From the NCBI GenBank assembly GCA_973895155.1, contig OZ316891.1:11342671-11406670 (forward strand): a DNA stretch of 64,000 bases. The letters run 5' to 3'. Positions 38,648 to 52,591 of the stretch are shown here, one piece after another. The notes below the pieces were generated by a model. The model had not been told where the DNA came from and did no database searches. It saw nothing but the letters and a program-made list of their open reading frames with translations. Positions within the stretch are counted from its first letter, which is position 1. Each line of letters opens with the position of its first letter. Origin of the DNA: Marsupella aquatica. Its lineage: Eukaryota; Plantae; Marchantiophyta. Both the position numbers and the translations under genes were made by a program.

Positions 38648-41251
38648 GCTGCTCTTGGATCAAGGGGAATGGATAAACTTTGGAGGTTGGTAGTGGGTAC
38701 AATTGCCTTTTGAGGAGGCCCTCTTGCATGGAGAATGTTGTAAAAAAATAGGCACTTAAGTTAGCTGATGGTACTCTATGAGTGAAGGAGACATTCTTGC
38801 TTCAACCTCCTCCCTCCGGAGATAGGCCTGACTGCAGCATTTCAGCACGCAAGGGTCAAAAAGTTTCCTGCCCTTCACATCCCTACTTTTACGGCTCTCT
38901 TGCATGTGAGGGCCGTGAAAAACCCTGGCCCTTTAAATGATCAGGTGACAACTTTGGATTGACTGAATGTTTTGTGCCATTCACCCCTCGAGAGCTAATC
39001 TTAACGGCTATATTTGAGGAGTCTCAAGGGAAAGGGCTGGAAAGTTTCCGGCTTTGCCTTCCCTACCTTTGAAAGACAGAAAAAGACAAAAAGGCAGGAC
39101 AAACTAAGAATCGCGATGGAGTGTGGGCACATTTGAGATCTCACTTTTTTGGGCTGGTAAGTGCAGCTTTTTTGAGGACTCTTGCACATGCAAGACAGTC
39201 CCAGATTTCTTGTAAAACAAGTGAACCATGCCTTTTCTTGCATTTCTTGTAAAACAAGTGAACCAGATTTTGCCCTTGGGCAGTGTGATAGTGAACCATG
39301 CCTTAGCTGATTCTTTGGAGATTTACAATGCACTTTTAACTTGCAAGGTAGGAGTGGAAAGGGCCTATTTTCTGACGACCTTCTACATACAAGACTGCCC
39401 CTCTGGAGATCAGTGGAGTGGTGGGCCCCTAGGAGTGATGGGAGACTGGGAAGACTCATTTACTGGGAGTATGATGGGAGAGTTGGGACTTGGGAGACGT
39501 TGGATTGATTGTTGACCCTTTTTAATGGGCATGGTTGTGTAGTCCATCTTTTATACTGGGTGAATTCTTTATCTTTCCTTTATTTCCTGAGTATCTTCCT
39601 TAGATTGCGAGTGTTTAATGCGTCAATGAGGGCCCAAGCATTCATTGTTGTTCATAAGACACGATACTATTAATTGTAGGGTTTCAAGACAAATTATTTT
39701 TCATTCTCCCATATGGTATTTACTCCAGAATTTTACCAGACTTCCATTTTGCTTCACAGTCGAGTTTTAGTTTGTCGGCTAGTAGGCTTTTTGTTCTCTG
39801 CAATTGCTGGGACTTGTTTGGATTTTTGTCCTAGGGTTTTCCCACGAAGGTTCCCTTCTATTGGGTCTCTTGCTTTATGGGCATGTGTAGTCTTTTGTTT
39901 AGATCTTTGTACAATGGAGATTGGTAGTTTTAGGGTCTCTAGACAAATTACTCTTCATGACCTGCTTATGGTGTTTGCAAGTAGCATATAGTTTGTTGCC
40001 TAGTAGGGATTTTGTTCCTTTTGCTGTCATTGGGACTCTCATGCATATTTGGCTCTTTGGTCTCTTTATTGGGTGTTTATCTCCTCTTTTGACTTCCTAA
40101 TGATTTTCTCATGTTTTTCTCCCCTTCATTGAGTCTCCCTGTCTTCCCTTTTGTCTTGTTGCAATGTATATTCTGTGTTTCTTCTATTGCCTGCCTGGAA
40201 ACACACTAATCAGAACTAGTGGTGATTTGGTGAGAAGAGAGTGTGCTCTTAGAAAAAAATGATTCTGTTGATCTGGGCAGGTTCGTAAAACATGAATACA
40301 GGTTTGGATTTGGTAGCAACAAGCCTCAATGCCCATTCTTTATATCTTAATAGAAATGATGACAAAAAATCATCATGCATGATCATCAATTTGATATATA
40401 GTTCTTTCCATCCACAATTTTTTTGTTGGGGCCCTAGAGTCAAGGTCTAGAGGCTTCAACCTAGAAGCCTCGACCCCAACCCTAGCTTCTCATCGATTTA
40501 TGGGTAAGAATAGCCTGATTACCCGTTCCTTGAATGAAAACAGAGATAATACCAAAAAAAAAACTTGCAAAGGAATCTATGTTGTTTCCCTTCATCCTTG
40601 CCCCCATCCTAAAGTAAATAGAAATAAGACCAAAAAAAGCCTTGTAAAGAATCATTCTTTGCTGTTTCCCTTAGTGATGCCTGTTTTTGGTATGCACTTC
40701 CTTTTTAGTTTTGCCTATATTAGTTTTGCTTTTATCTAGAGTTAAGAACTAGAGGTTGGACTGTAGAAGTCTTGACCCCAACTCGAGCTTAGGTTCGCAA
40801 TTAATTACATACATTTTACGGCACTTTGGAGATGTGAGGAGGTGACTCCGGGAGGAAAGAAATGAGGCCACCCTTGTCAAGAAAAGACAGAGGAGAGAGG
40901 AACCTCAAAGAGGAAATTGAAAACAAGAAACTGAGAGTCTCTCAGGTATGATGTCATTCCAGAACTACATATGTATATCACAGTTCAAAAGGTCAAAAAC
41001 ACCAAACCTGGAGATAGGGTCTCAAAGGCTAAGCAACCCAATAAGGGGAGGGGGGGGGGGAAGAAAGTGAAAAGGCCCCAAGAAGATCAAAGAAGTCCAA
41101 CAAGCCAAGGAGTCCCACTAAGAAAAGGAACAACAAACCAGAGGTCCCACTAAGTGACCTGGAAGGCTAACACCCTATTGGGCAGAGAACCAAAAAGCCT
41201 AGTAAAACTCAGGAGTGAATGGCATAGAAATTTCACGAAATGGAACTTGCC

Positions 41252-41426
41252 TAAAACTGCCACTAGCCCATATAAAAGGGAGAAGTATTCAAGGTTTCTC
41301 CTTTTTTCACTTTCCTGTCATCCTTCTTCTCTCCCTTTCCATATTGCTCCACGAATTCAGGAAATGATACTATCTATGGTGAAAATTGGTGTAGCCAGGT
41401 TTTTGTCATGGCTAGCGGCGGTTAAA
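41252..41426 (+). mobile_element. MITE family copy (TIR ~TAAACCRCCACTAGCC)
   Basis: TIRs AAACTGCCACTAGCC / GGCTAGCGGCGGTT; interior is the reverse complement of 49690-49815. Confidence 0.7.
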
Positions 41427-41659
41427 GGTCCTAAAGATAATGAATGCCAGAGCCCTTTGAAGTGTCAAGTGAGGACGTCAAGTGAGTACGTCAAATGAGT
41501 ATGTCAAGTGAGGACATAGAGAGGGGGATAAGGGCTAGGTTCCACGGGCCAGGGGCAGGAAGTACCATCACTCCCTCTGACACCCCTGGGCCCAATGATA
41601 TGCCCAGGTGTACATAGTATTTTATATGTATGAGCTCTGACTTTAGAGCCAATGAGAAT

Positions 41660-42340
41660 GCCAGTACCCCTTGAGTTTCACAGGCACTATTTACATACAC
41701 GGGTACCCCTTGAGTTTGACAGGGAGAGTGAGTACTCCCTACTACATTATTTGTACAATCCTAACTCCCTGGAAAAGTTGTACCACATGTTGGGATATGA
41801 TCTAGATCGAAAGAGACAACATCAACATGTGTGAACATTCATCCATAAACTCCAACGTTGAAAGTACGTGGTTCATCCCGTCTAGGCTACGTCCACGACC
41901 GTGAGAGAAATCCAGTAATGCAAAATGATTACACTCGCCATGCCAACGCTCTAGAGCTCTCACTCTCTTTCCTCAAGAGTGAACCTTCCAGTGTGAGCAC
42001 AAATTTGTGTTCACCTCGGGTATACCCCGTCCCATGGTTTATGGGAACCTGGAACTCAAACTAGTGTTATCCTAGTCTACTGAAGTCTAGCTAGTACAGT
42101 GGAAATATTTAGGTTATACTAGCTCAGACATAACCTAACACTACATTATTTGTAGATCACTCACTCCTTGGAAAAGGAGTCCCCCAAAAAAACTCTAAAA
42201 TGCCCCATGAAATCCTAAACTAGTTACAAAGGTACCCCTTGAGTTTAATAGGGAGTGTGAGTACTCCCTTGAAAAGCTGTACTGCATTATTTGTACACCC
42301 CTCACTCCCTGGAAAAGCACTCCCTGGAAAAGCTGTAATA
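41660..42340. repeat. Repeat cluster (GTACCCCTTGAGTTT, CACTCCCTGGAAAAG units) interrupted by an inverted LTR-like fragment
   Basis: Units recur at 41660-41780 and 42140-42340; LTR motif reverse complement at ~41863-41897. Confidence 0.5.
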
Positions 42341-43115
42341 TGCCCAATGAAACCTTGCCTGGAACCTTGCCATAAGGCCCTCCTCTCACAGCTAGAGTGT
42401 TTATCTTTTAGATGACAATGCAGGGAAGGGCGATAGCTTCAAGACCAGGAGGAAGACCAGGAGGAGGGCACAAGGGATTAGATTTGTGATATAGATAGAT
42501 TTGTCTTGTGATTGATTCGTAACGAGGTCGGGGGTTGGTGACAGACCTACTACTGTTCTTGCAGGTGGCTCCGTTGGGCGTTGGCAGACATTGCCACGCA
42601 CCTGCATCGTTTTATCCGCATAGACAACCGATTCTGAGTTACCGATTCTGAGTTGAGGTGTCGCAAGTTGGCAAGTGGTTAGGGCCGGCGAAGATGCCGG
42701 TGGAGATGCTGGGACTGTCATGTCACAGTGCCAAAACTCCAGAAGGCAAAAAAATGGCCGAGCCGGGAGAGATGGTCCCAATTGCAAAGCAGCCCAATGA
42801 AGGGAACCAAGGGGAAAGGGCCCCAAGATGACCAGAGGGTCCAACTGAGTGTTGGATTTGAGTCCTTCGGTGGAACTTTGAACCTCTAATTTGCTTTGGT
42901 GTTACTTGTCATAACTCATAACCACTCTGGCCTGACTTGCCTTTTTGCCAAGTGGACAGTAGTAGAGATCCTCTGCTGTTCCCTGTCTTCCTTTTTAGCG
43001 CACTGTTGCATCAAGCAGCGGTCCAGCTATTCGCCTGGTATTTCTCCACATACTCCTCCTTGGCAACATTCTCCAATAATTTAATTGTAAAGGAGGAGTA
43101 GCGGACGAGCAGAAT

Positions 43116-43227
43116 TTTCCTTTCCTTTCCTTTGCTCTGCTTCTCTTCTCTTCTCTTCTCTTCTCTTCTGTGTGACTCATACATTTCCTTTGCACTGCTG
43201 TTCTTCTCTTCTCTTCTCTTCTCTTCT
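43116..43227. repeat. (TTTCC)n/(CTTCT)n microsatellites with a short local duplication
   Basis: Pentanucleotide runs; CTTCTCTTCTGTG.GACTCATA occurs twice. Confidence 0.8.
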
Positions 43228-44863
43228 GTGCGACTCATATGTATGAGGAAGGTTGGAGTCACAATTGCAAAACGTGACACTAGTACATAGCTGCGGATGC
43301 GGATAAGCTGGCCAGCTGTGAACAATGGACCATTTTCAGATCTTAACTCTGTTGTGACTTTCTCTGTAGTCTCCAGTCAACCTCTTGTTTTCTCAGAGTG
43401 ACCGTAAAGTGAGGGCGAAGTGGACACGCCTCTTCCGATTCTACTGAAATTCCTCTGGGCATTGGAGGATGAGGTCGTCTAGGGCTTGAACTTCTCCTGT
43501 GGCTGCGTTGCTTTCCGTAGGTTGGGGGATCGGTCGAAAGAGTACAGTAGTTGGAGCAGTTGGTCAAGAGAAAGGAGGCAGGAGAATTTTGTTTTGGAAT
43601 TTGGAAAGCCATGACAAAAACATTGTTACACAGATTTCATCAGTTTTAGTATATTTCCCTGAAATTGTGGAGCAAAGGCTAACTGTAGAGGAGAGAGGAA
43701 TGTGAAAAAGCGAAAGGTCTTAGATACTTCTCGTTTTACATGGTCAGTGGTGGTTTAAAAAGCAGTAGCACTCAACGATTTCCGGGAAAAGGTTGGGGGT
43801 CAGTTGACAGCGGCGTCGATGAGAAAGAGACGAGGGTTTCTGGGGATGTGACCAGGTGGAGACAACAGAGGCGATAGAGGCGATCAAGGTTGGACAGATT
43901 GTATTGCTCGAGGTTATCCACAACAGGCAAGGAGGAGACCAGGAGACTGGAGGTCTGGAGGAGGTTTGTGCACAGAGAGGAGTAAAGGCGAGTGAGTTTT
44001 ATGTACGGGGAAGGGCAAGGGACAAAGATGGAGGTAGAGTGAATGAGTGAAGGAATGAATGTTGGGTTAGGCGAGGACCCTCAGGAGGTTGATTGAGAGA
44101 CAGAGGAGATGAAGCTCGGGTGGCCTCTCATGCTGGAGTTTGTGGTCGCTGTATTCAGGCGTCTCTCGCTCTGGGTGCGTACTTGTGTCGCAGTAGCTGC
44201 CATCATTGCAGAGGCGCTTCATAGCGCTGAATTGGAGTCTTTTCACGTCGCGTGATTCAATTGCAGTGCCCTCAGCTCATCAGTCTATCAATTCTGCAAT
44301 ACGCATCACTTTACACCAAGGAATTCGTCGGGACCAAATTAGTGATTTCAAAGCGGTGATCTCTTTGCAAATTTATAAGTTGCTTTAGTGATAGTTTGAA
44401 GTATTCGGAGAAGTCTAAGGTTTTCGTCGCCAGCAACAACTCACTGAAGACTGCATTTTATTCTTGACGGTTGATCAAATGAGATCTCTCCAGGCACCAG
44501 AAAGCTCGTCATAGGGGATTGGCCGCAGACCACCGTGGTGAGTAAGTAACGGTAGACTTCATCTAGCTAGACCGGTTCCTTGTACAAGCAGTGAGCCCTT
44601 TCGCAAAGTTTCAACACACCACACCACACCACACCACAGCCCTTGAAGAGTGAATCCAATCGTGCACTTTAAGGTTGTAATCGTTCTCGCTTATGCTATT
44701 CCAAAGAGAATCTAAACTATCTCAATGTCTGGTTCTCTGTGTGCACTGGTCCAATCATTTCCTCTCTGCACTTTTTTGAGTATACTGTAAGGCACGGATT
44801 AACGATTAAGAGAGATTTCTGACTCTATGTTGTTGTTTCTAGTGCAGCGGTTCCGCTGTGGTT

Positions 44864-45847
44864 ATGTATCCGGAAAATGGTAGAGAACCCACTCAGATGC
44901 GCAATTTGAAACGGCGTCCTAAAATGGATACTGGAGGGGAAAAGGAGACGCATGAGGATGAAGTTGCCAAGAAACGGAAAAAGCTTCGACGGAGACGACG
45001 GCATAGTATTCAGTCCGACGACATTAGTGCGGCACCGGAAGGTGGCGGAATCAATGCAGGCTTCACGATGTTGAAGGGCAAGAGAGAAAGACCGGAGTTT
45101 GGTGTCGTGGACGATGACGTCCTGTCTAGTGAGCGATCTACTTCTGCGACTCTCTTGAGGCCGTCGACGTTTCTCGATAACATGCGTGCGAGATTGTCTG
45201 GAGGCAGGTTCCGCATGCTCAACGAAACGCTGTATACGTGCAGGGGTGAGGATGCATTCCAGCTCTTTAAGAAGGATCCTGCGTCGTTTACTCTCTATCA
45301 CACAGGGTACCAGGAGCAGATGTCACGGTGGCCTGTTCTGCCAGTTGAGGTTGTGATCAGCTGGCTGAAGGCACGGAGCCCTAAGCTTGTTGTTGCTGAC
45401 TTTGGTTGCGGTGATGCGAGACTAGCAAAGAGTGTCAAGAATAAAGTGTTTTCGCTGGATCTGATCTCAGCGGACCCGGCAGTTATTGCTTGCAACATGG
45501 CGCAGACACCATTGGCCACTGCTTCCGTTGATGTTGCGGTTTTTTGCCTTTCGTTGATGGGAACAGATTACCCTAGTTTCTTAGAAGAGGCACATCGCGT
45601 TCTGAAGTCTGGTGGATTTCTTCTCATTGCTGAAGTTAGAAGCCGCTTCGACATCGAGAACGGTGGTGCTAGCCCTAAACAGTTTGTTCTAGCTCTTCAG
45701 GCACTTGGTTTTTCTCTCGTCTCTCAGGATGTTACAAATAAGATGTTCATCATGTTTTACATGCAAAAGCAGAGGGGTTCCAGGGACTTGCTCAAGCGGA
45801 CCAAGCATTGGCCCGAATTGAAGGCGTGCATGTACAAACGAAGATAG
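44864..45847 (+). CDS. RRP8: Ribosomal RNA-processing protein 8, 25S rRNA (adenine-N1) methyltransferase
   Basis: RLSGGRFRMLNETLYT, YHTGYQEQMSRWP, VVADFGCGDARLA (SAM motif I), VDVAVFCLSLMGTD, LLIAEVRSRF, LKACMYKRR. Intronless CDS; probable 5'-UTR intron ending at TGCAG ~44847. Confidence 0.95.
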   Translation: MYPENGREPTQMRNLKRRPKMDTGGEKETHEDEVAKKRKKLRRRRRHSIQSDDISAAPEGGGINAGFTMLKGKRERPEFGVVDDDVLSSERSTSATLLRPSTFLDNMRARLSGGRFRMLNETLYTCRGEDAFQLFKKDPASFTLYHTGYQEQMSRWPVLPVEVVISWLKARSPKLVVADFGCGDARLAKSVKNKVFSLDLISADPAVIACNMAQTPLATASVDVAVFCLSLMGTDYPSFLEEAHRVLKSGGFLLIAEVRSRFDIENGGASPKQFVLALQALGFSLVSQDVTNKMFIMFYMQKQRGSRDLLKRTKHWPELKACMYKRR

Positions 45848-47739
45848 CCAGCTGCCTTTAGGATGTTCTCCAGTTCCTAAATCTCAAGACTGAATATGAT
45901 TGAAAAACTGCTCCTTGGAAATTGCAGCCTGCCGTGCCCCCAAATCAACCCACCCCCACACATTCTTCAGATCGTTCGGAGTGTATTTGAATGTGGGAAC
46001 GGAAGGAGGTATCTTGCAACTTAACTGTGGTGCAGTGATACTGGAGTCTAGTTCCACACATAACACTGAAAAGTTCCTGGCAAAGATTTGGAGTGTATTT
46101 CCCTCTACGGACTTTGTGAAAAGTCTTCCGTTAAGTGTAACTGCCCTTTTGCTACGTGCTTGGCTAGGCATTGAACGCGAGCTTCATGGTACAGTGCCTT
46201 TCCCCTTACTGATCTTGCGGCTTGAAACTGGGTCGAAACGTTGGGAAACATTTCCACACCATTCTTACGAACGGCACTCCTGCATACAGTAGCGGACAGA
46301 TTCTCCTGTTATTGATACTGCAGGTGTTGTCTGGAGCTGTGTACTCCAACGCCTGACTTAGTCCTGCTAAAGTGGTTTTGGTTGTGAGCAAGGTCCGGCG
46401 GATTGGAGATGTTGTTGGAGAGGGCAGATGATTAGAGGCAGTAAGCATCAGGTTGCTCAAGCTTCCAACGAACCTGGATTTGTCTCCAAACTGTACTTCA
46501 AGAGTTGCTTTGCTTACAAAATGTAGTCTTGAAATGAGTTATCTATTCGGGATAAAAGGCATTTAGTCCGGTGTTGGCTTTCGAACTGCCCGCACAATTT
46601 TGCTTGTACATAGTCTGCAAATAAAAGGACATGTTTTCTGTGAGAGATGCGAGTGCCAATGGTAGTATGGATGGTAATTTCACTTTTTTGGATGATTTGG
46701 ATGTCGAAAAAGTTCTGTTCTAGTGCAGGTCCCTTGACACAATCATGGTCTTCTTATGAAGAATGAGTAATCAGAGAGGGTGGTCATCGCCTAGTTGGCT
46801 TCTGAGTCGATGAGTAGGCTGTGACCGGCACCGACACCCAATTTATGGAATGCTGATTGCTCGCGCCGTGTTTCTTCGTTTGGGAATATCATTATTTGCC
46901 CCATGGAGAAACTAGATATGATTCCATTTCCCTTGTAAGCCATCTCTCGCTTTGCAATTTGAGTTACTGCATCAGGTAGATACCGGAAATTAACACTAGG
47001 GGAAGGACAAGTGAACACTCTTGAAGTGTTACCATGGGTACGTCAACGAAAAACAAGAGTCAGCAATTGCATAGCCTTATCCACGGTTCAAGATAGGTTC
47101 TGTAGCTTTGGGAAGAATTATGACTGCTCTACGGAGAGATTGACGGCGTACCGTGGATATGATGTATGTTAGCAGCAGTACCTTGGATTACGCATGCTGG
47201 TATCCCTTCAGAAGGCTGATGCTTAGTCGACCACAGTACTCCTTCAGTAGCTTGTGGTAGTGTCGGTTGGTTCAGTGGTACTGTATGTGGCAGTGAGCGC
47301 ATGGGTTCTGGCTTCCAAGAGTCGGAGCCCTTCTCGAATAATGACCATCACCCTTTAGACTTAACACCACCCACAGTGTTTGCACAAGAGAATGCCAGTC
47401 TGAAAACAAGCCCGGCTAGACAGCTGTCACTTGAGACATACAATCAAACAATAAAAGGTCGTGGATTGATTCAAAAGTTGCTGTCATCTGAGGAAACACC
47501 TCCTAGCAAAAGAACAACCCACTGGAGAAATCTCACTCAAAAACAGCTGAAAACATGACACCACAGACGGCACCTCATAAGAGTGACCATAATCTTCTCA
47601 GTGAACCATCGAGCAGAGTGTTAAATGAGAAGTCGCTCTGGCATATGTTCTCCGACTCTGCGTTTCACTTCGAATTGTTGTCCAAGTTTTGACGACTGAT
47701 GGAAGCGCTTCTAATCTTGGTGGCATTTTGGTCTTGCAC

Positions 47740-47775
47740 TTCATGTTCATGTTCATGTTCATGTTCATGTTCATG
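47740..47775. repeat. (TTCATG)6 microsatellite
   Basis: Perfect hexamer run. Confidence 0.9.
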
Positions 47776-49674
47776 TCTGACTCATTGGACCAACTGTGAC
47801 TTTCATATTGAATAAGGAGAGTTGTGACTGGACTAAAGAGAAAGGAAAGTCTGGGACTTCTTGTTCAAGGTTGCTTCTTATCACATCTTGGGTATTTGAG
47901 TCGCATCTCATTCTATAGTTTTATCCATAGTGACAAACGACTCGGTTTATTGAAAAACGACTCAGTTCAGTGAAAGATAGCTCAATTTTATTGTATACGA
48001 AGAATAAAGTGTGCAACATTTGACCTCAAGATTGATTGTTTTGAGCTTCTTGACTGCATCATTTTACCCAATTCGATTTTGTGTCTGATTTAACTTCTAA
48101 TTACACAGCCGATCGATTCTCCTGTCTGGCTTTCCGAGTAGATTTTATAGAGTTGGAACTTCGCTAAATAATTTTGTTGTGCTTGAGGCAGAATGCGTGA
48201 CATTGTCACGCTGTGTAACCGAAGTTGAAACGATATTCTTTAAGAGCATGCCCCACAAAATCACCCCAAAGTAAAGCTTGCAGGACACTCTTCGGCAGAA
48301 CAATGAATTGGAACGAATCAAATCATAGATCTCTACAAGTGGGTTCTAGTGTGCCTCAATAAGGGATTGCTTGCTTAGCAGGCATCCATGTCCCCCTTCC
48401 AAATTTAGTAAGACTTTGCAATTCAGCATGTGTTCCATGTGCTTGTTGCTACTTGGCCCAAAGAGGCATGTGTGATAGTTCAGTTGAGTTGAGACTCATA
48501 GGACTAGAGTTAAAATGTTGTGAGTGACTATTATCCCACAGATTTCCCCTTTAAAAAAAAGTTGATACTTGAATAGACTACAAAGTTTGCCAGAAACCAA
48601 CTGACCATTTCTTGACACCCAATAGGTGAGCATTGATACAGATGAAAGTTGCTCTTTGTATGTAGAATTGCAAAGGAATAAAAACTCCTAATCATGAGAC
48701 ATGATCCCAATAGCCAAAAATCCAATGAAGCAGGGAAACCAACGATAAACTGAGGAAAACCAAGTCAGAGCCAAAAGCCCAATACCCGATAGCCAAAAAT
48801 CCAATCAAGGGGCAAAACAAAGAAGAACCTGAGGGGGGCTTTACAAGAAGTTGGGGGCAGTTTCCACATTTTGTTTGTCTCCAAGATCTGATCAGAGCCA
48901 CCCATTTGGGAGAAACTGCTGCTGTTCACTTTACAAATCGTTGGGGGCACTTTCAACCTAACCTGTTACCAATCCTACATGGAATGTAGTGGGGCCCAAT
49001 TTTTGCTTATGTGGAGCACTCTTTTGTCCTGGATTAGACCACCGCTCTTGGTGGTCTCTTCTTCTGGCCTCTTGGTCCATTCCTCTTGGTCCATTTCTAT
49101 TTTAAGTCATTTGTGTTAAGAAGGGACCCACAAGTCCTTTCACTCAGTCCTTCATAAGATCTTCTCTTCTCTTTGGAAAGACTTTAGCCAAAGAATACGT
49201 GACATTCAGGTGGAGTGGGTCCTCAATCTGTCTTTTAGTAAATTAAGCTGGCACCATTGGCTGCACTTGGCTTTGCATGACCTTGGAGGCAATAAAAGGA
49301 TTCAAAAAATGCTTTTAGCCCCAGGACAGGATATTTAGTGTGCAATGGCCCTCCAGTTTGCTTTGGTGAAAAAAACTCTCAAGTGCCCCCAGGGTCTTGT
49401 AAAGTCCTCCTTAAGTGACTGTGAGGAAACCCAAGAGTCAAAAAGCCCAAAAGCACTAATGGCAAAGAAAAAAAAACCCTACTGAGCTACAGTCACTGAA
49501 AAGCTTGGTAGAGCTCCCAGTAGAGCTCAGGGTGAACAACATAGGGGGTCCCAAATAGGGTTCTTTGAGTAAGTAAGTAATGTTTCAAGATGGTCCTGGG
49601 AAATTGGGTTGCTCATCTTAGCACCTTGTCAAACAACATGGTCTAAGGGAGCTTTGAAAGCTTGCAAGAGTACT

Positions 49675-49824
49675 TTACACCACCACTAGCCCTACACCAT
49701 AAATAGGTATCCTTTCCTGAATTTGTGGGGCAATATGGAAAGGGAGAGCAGAAGAATGACAGGAAAGTGATAAAAGGAGAAGTCTTGGACACTTCCCCCC
49801 TTTTATATGGCTAGTGACGGATTA
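49675..49824 (-). mobile_element. MITE family copy
   Basis: TIRs ACACCACCACTAGCC / GGCTAGTGACGGATTA; inverted homolog of 41252-41426. Confidence 0.7.
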
Positions 49825-50669
49825 TTGGACTGACTTGAATCCTTCCAAAGATTTGTTTATTGTATATTTCTGTACTTTATGGAAGAGAAAACCCATCACG
49901 TGCTGTGCAAGGGCATCTTGAGATTTGTCCTCTATTTCTCCCTTGATAAAATGAAGTCAAATCTCAACGGGAACAAAATGTGGGGGAAAGTTATCCCTGA
50001 AAGATAAGTTACCATTGCCTTTTTGCCTTGGGCCTGCTGTTGCCCTCTTCCATAGGGTTCACACCGAATAAACACAAATTTAAAATTAAGAAAAAAACCC
50101 TGTTACCAGGGTATTATGAACAATACTATACTATATTCTCTCAAAATTGGGCTAAACCACTGGTAGTTGGGGACATTATAGCTCACAATGCCCTAGACAC
50201 AAACAGGACATTACTGGAATCAGGAATTGCAGTTGACAAACTGGGCTGGTGGGGAAAGAAGACTGAACAATTCCTGCCTGAGCTTGATAAAAGTGTGTTT
50301 CTCAGATCTCAGTGTTGCTAGCTGGATACAGTAAGTTAGCTTAGATCAATTGACCTCCTTGGTTGAGGGCCCAAGGCGGCTAGCAAGTTCAATTGAACCT
50401 AGTGCAATTTTGTCAGAACAGGTGGATCAATTTTTTCAAAGAATTTCTCTTCGTCAAAGCCTTACGGGATGGACATTGCGGGTCTGGAGGATTGTAAATT
50501 CCTTCAATGCTCCAATTTATGGTGAGAAAGTAAACTATTTTCACCCTAAAATAATTTTTTTGTTCTCAAAAAAACCAAATGAATTCCACTCAAATAGCCA
50601 GCATACAAAACAGGGGGCCCAAAAAGTGACACCATCCCAAAGGGACCAAAGGTGATGTGCCAAAAAACT

Positions 50670-50897
50670 GGGTAGGCTGGTACCAGGAAAGAAGTTGGGC
50701 CTCTCTAAACAAGTAATTTAGAAACTACAGGCAAAGCAGGTAGGCTGGTACCAGGAAAGAAGTTGGGCCTCTGAAGATCTAAACAAGTAATTTAGAAACC
50801 ACAGGCAGAGCAGGACACTCCTACCCCTAACAGGAAAGAAGCTGGGCCTCAGATGGAGGCATCTAAACAAGTAATTTAGAAACTATAGGCAGAGAAA
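50670..50897. repeat. Three tandem ~70-80-bp repeats
   Basis: CAGGAAAGAAGYTGGGCCTC...TCTAAACAAGTAATTTAGAAACYAYAGGCA three times. Confidence 0.85.
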
Positions 50898-52591
50898 CAC
50901 TCCTAAAGATCGGCCAGTGATCAGGTTTAGGCAAAGTTCTTTTCAGTGGGTGTGCGAGAGAGCAATGACTCAATCAGTCAGTCTGCAGTGGAGCTTCAAA
51001 ACCTGAGCTGTTAAACATTGACCTGAGTCATGATGAGTAGATAGACGAAAGCATTTGGCGATTACAAAAGTTGTCGGCGGTTTCAGTAGAACACTGTCAG
51101 GTCCGAGCTGAAGAAAGCCTCGGACTTTGATTTCGCTCTTTATCAAAGTGTTTTCTGTTCTTGATCCTCCACGGTTTCCTGATTCCAAGTCATATTTCAG
51201 ACCCACGGTTTCAACAGAAGAAGGAGAGCAGGTTCTCAGTTCATTAGCTCTAAGCAGACCATGAACTCCAGGTTCTCAAAGGTATTTACATTATTCAAGT
51301 CAGGAGTCCCCTCAAGTCACAAACTAACATAAGCTCTCACAAAATTTTGAGCGCTCATGAAGTCCATGGAGTCCTCAGAACTTGACAACTTGATGTGGAC
51401 TTATTGAGCTGATCCCCCTAAATGTCTTGGTACTTTGTAATGTTTATTGATACTTCAGCTTGAGGAAGTCAGACTTGGGCATAGGAATATTCATGCTCGT
51501 CATCCTATTGAAGACGTACAGATGAACCTTTCGCTTTCGGCACCTCTTGGGGATATTGCTGTTTGGTTTGGGCTTGTTACAGTTTGTGCTTTGGAAAATA
51601 TAAACAAGAAGTTCGGTTTGAAAGGTGACAACCATTTTACAAATTCCCAGGGGCCCATGTTGGAATTATGCAGGGCTTGGTGTCTTGGCGTTTAGGTCCT
51701 TTTGCTGACCAATGAAGAGCGGATGCAGATTTTGTACTGAGGGGGAAAGGAATGTGAAATAGACAGGCCCAATGCACGAAAATCACTTGGCAGTGAGTGA
51801 CAGAACTCACCGCCAATAAGAGCCAATTACTCTCGTACGTTACACAGACCATGGACGAAGACACTCATCAAAGGATCACCTTGAATGAAATCATTTAACG
51901 GCTGTCATTCCCCACATGTGCTACAGTCCCATTTTGAGAAAGCGTACTGCTCAAGAGGAGCCAGCGGTGGGTACCTCTTTCACTGTCAAGCAGACTAGTC
52001 TTCATCTGAATCCTACTAGAATGTTTTCTTTTGAAATGAAGTGACATAGAGTCTAATCTAATGTGTACACATGTACGATTAATAATTATCCAGTGCCCCT
52101 AAATACACTTGCCCATTTCCATCGCCAAGGTGAGAGATAGGCTTGACAAATACCTTCCAAATCTTTCCCAGAAACTCTTGTGTTGCCCCCTTGTTTGTCA
52201 GTAGTAAACTTAGGGTCAATACAATGATCAACTCATAACTCGTGGGAAAGAATTTATAGAAATGGATGACTACAAGCAAGATTTCCTCATCTCATTCCTA
52301 TTGGAGAGGACAAAACTCAAATCCTGTCTCGGTGATCCACACGACCATTGTGCTGGGGACAGAAGCTTCTGAATTTCTGACAATCTGCAAATTTGAGTTT
52401 CACGCGTGGACTTCTTAGATTTAGAGCGAAACTCTTGTCTGAAAGTATCGATCCCTGTGTACAAAATTTACACGGTAGTCGACAGGGAAAGCACTCATCA
52501 ACCACTGACTAAAGAAGCTCATACTTCCACACCAGACTGCTGCCATTGAGGCAAGAACCTTCAAAATTCCAAAAATCAGCCATCTTTCTTG

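Noticed and set aside
42401-43612. Minus-strand ORFs around the (CTTCT)n repeats
   Set aside because: The EEKRR runs derive from the microsatellite; no coherent gene model.
45884-47558. ORFs downstream of RRP8
   Set aside because: Short, motif-free and present on both strands; likely 3' UTR or intergenic.
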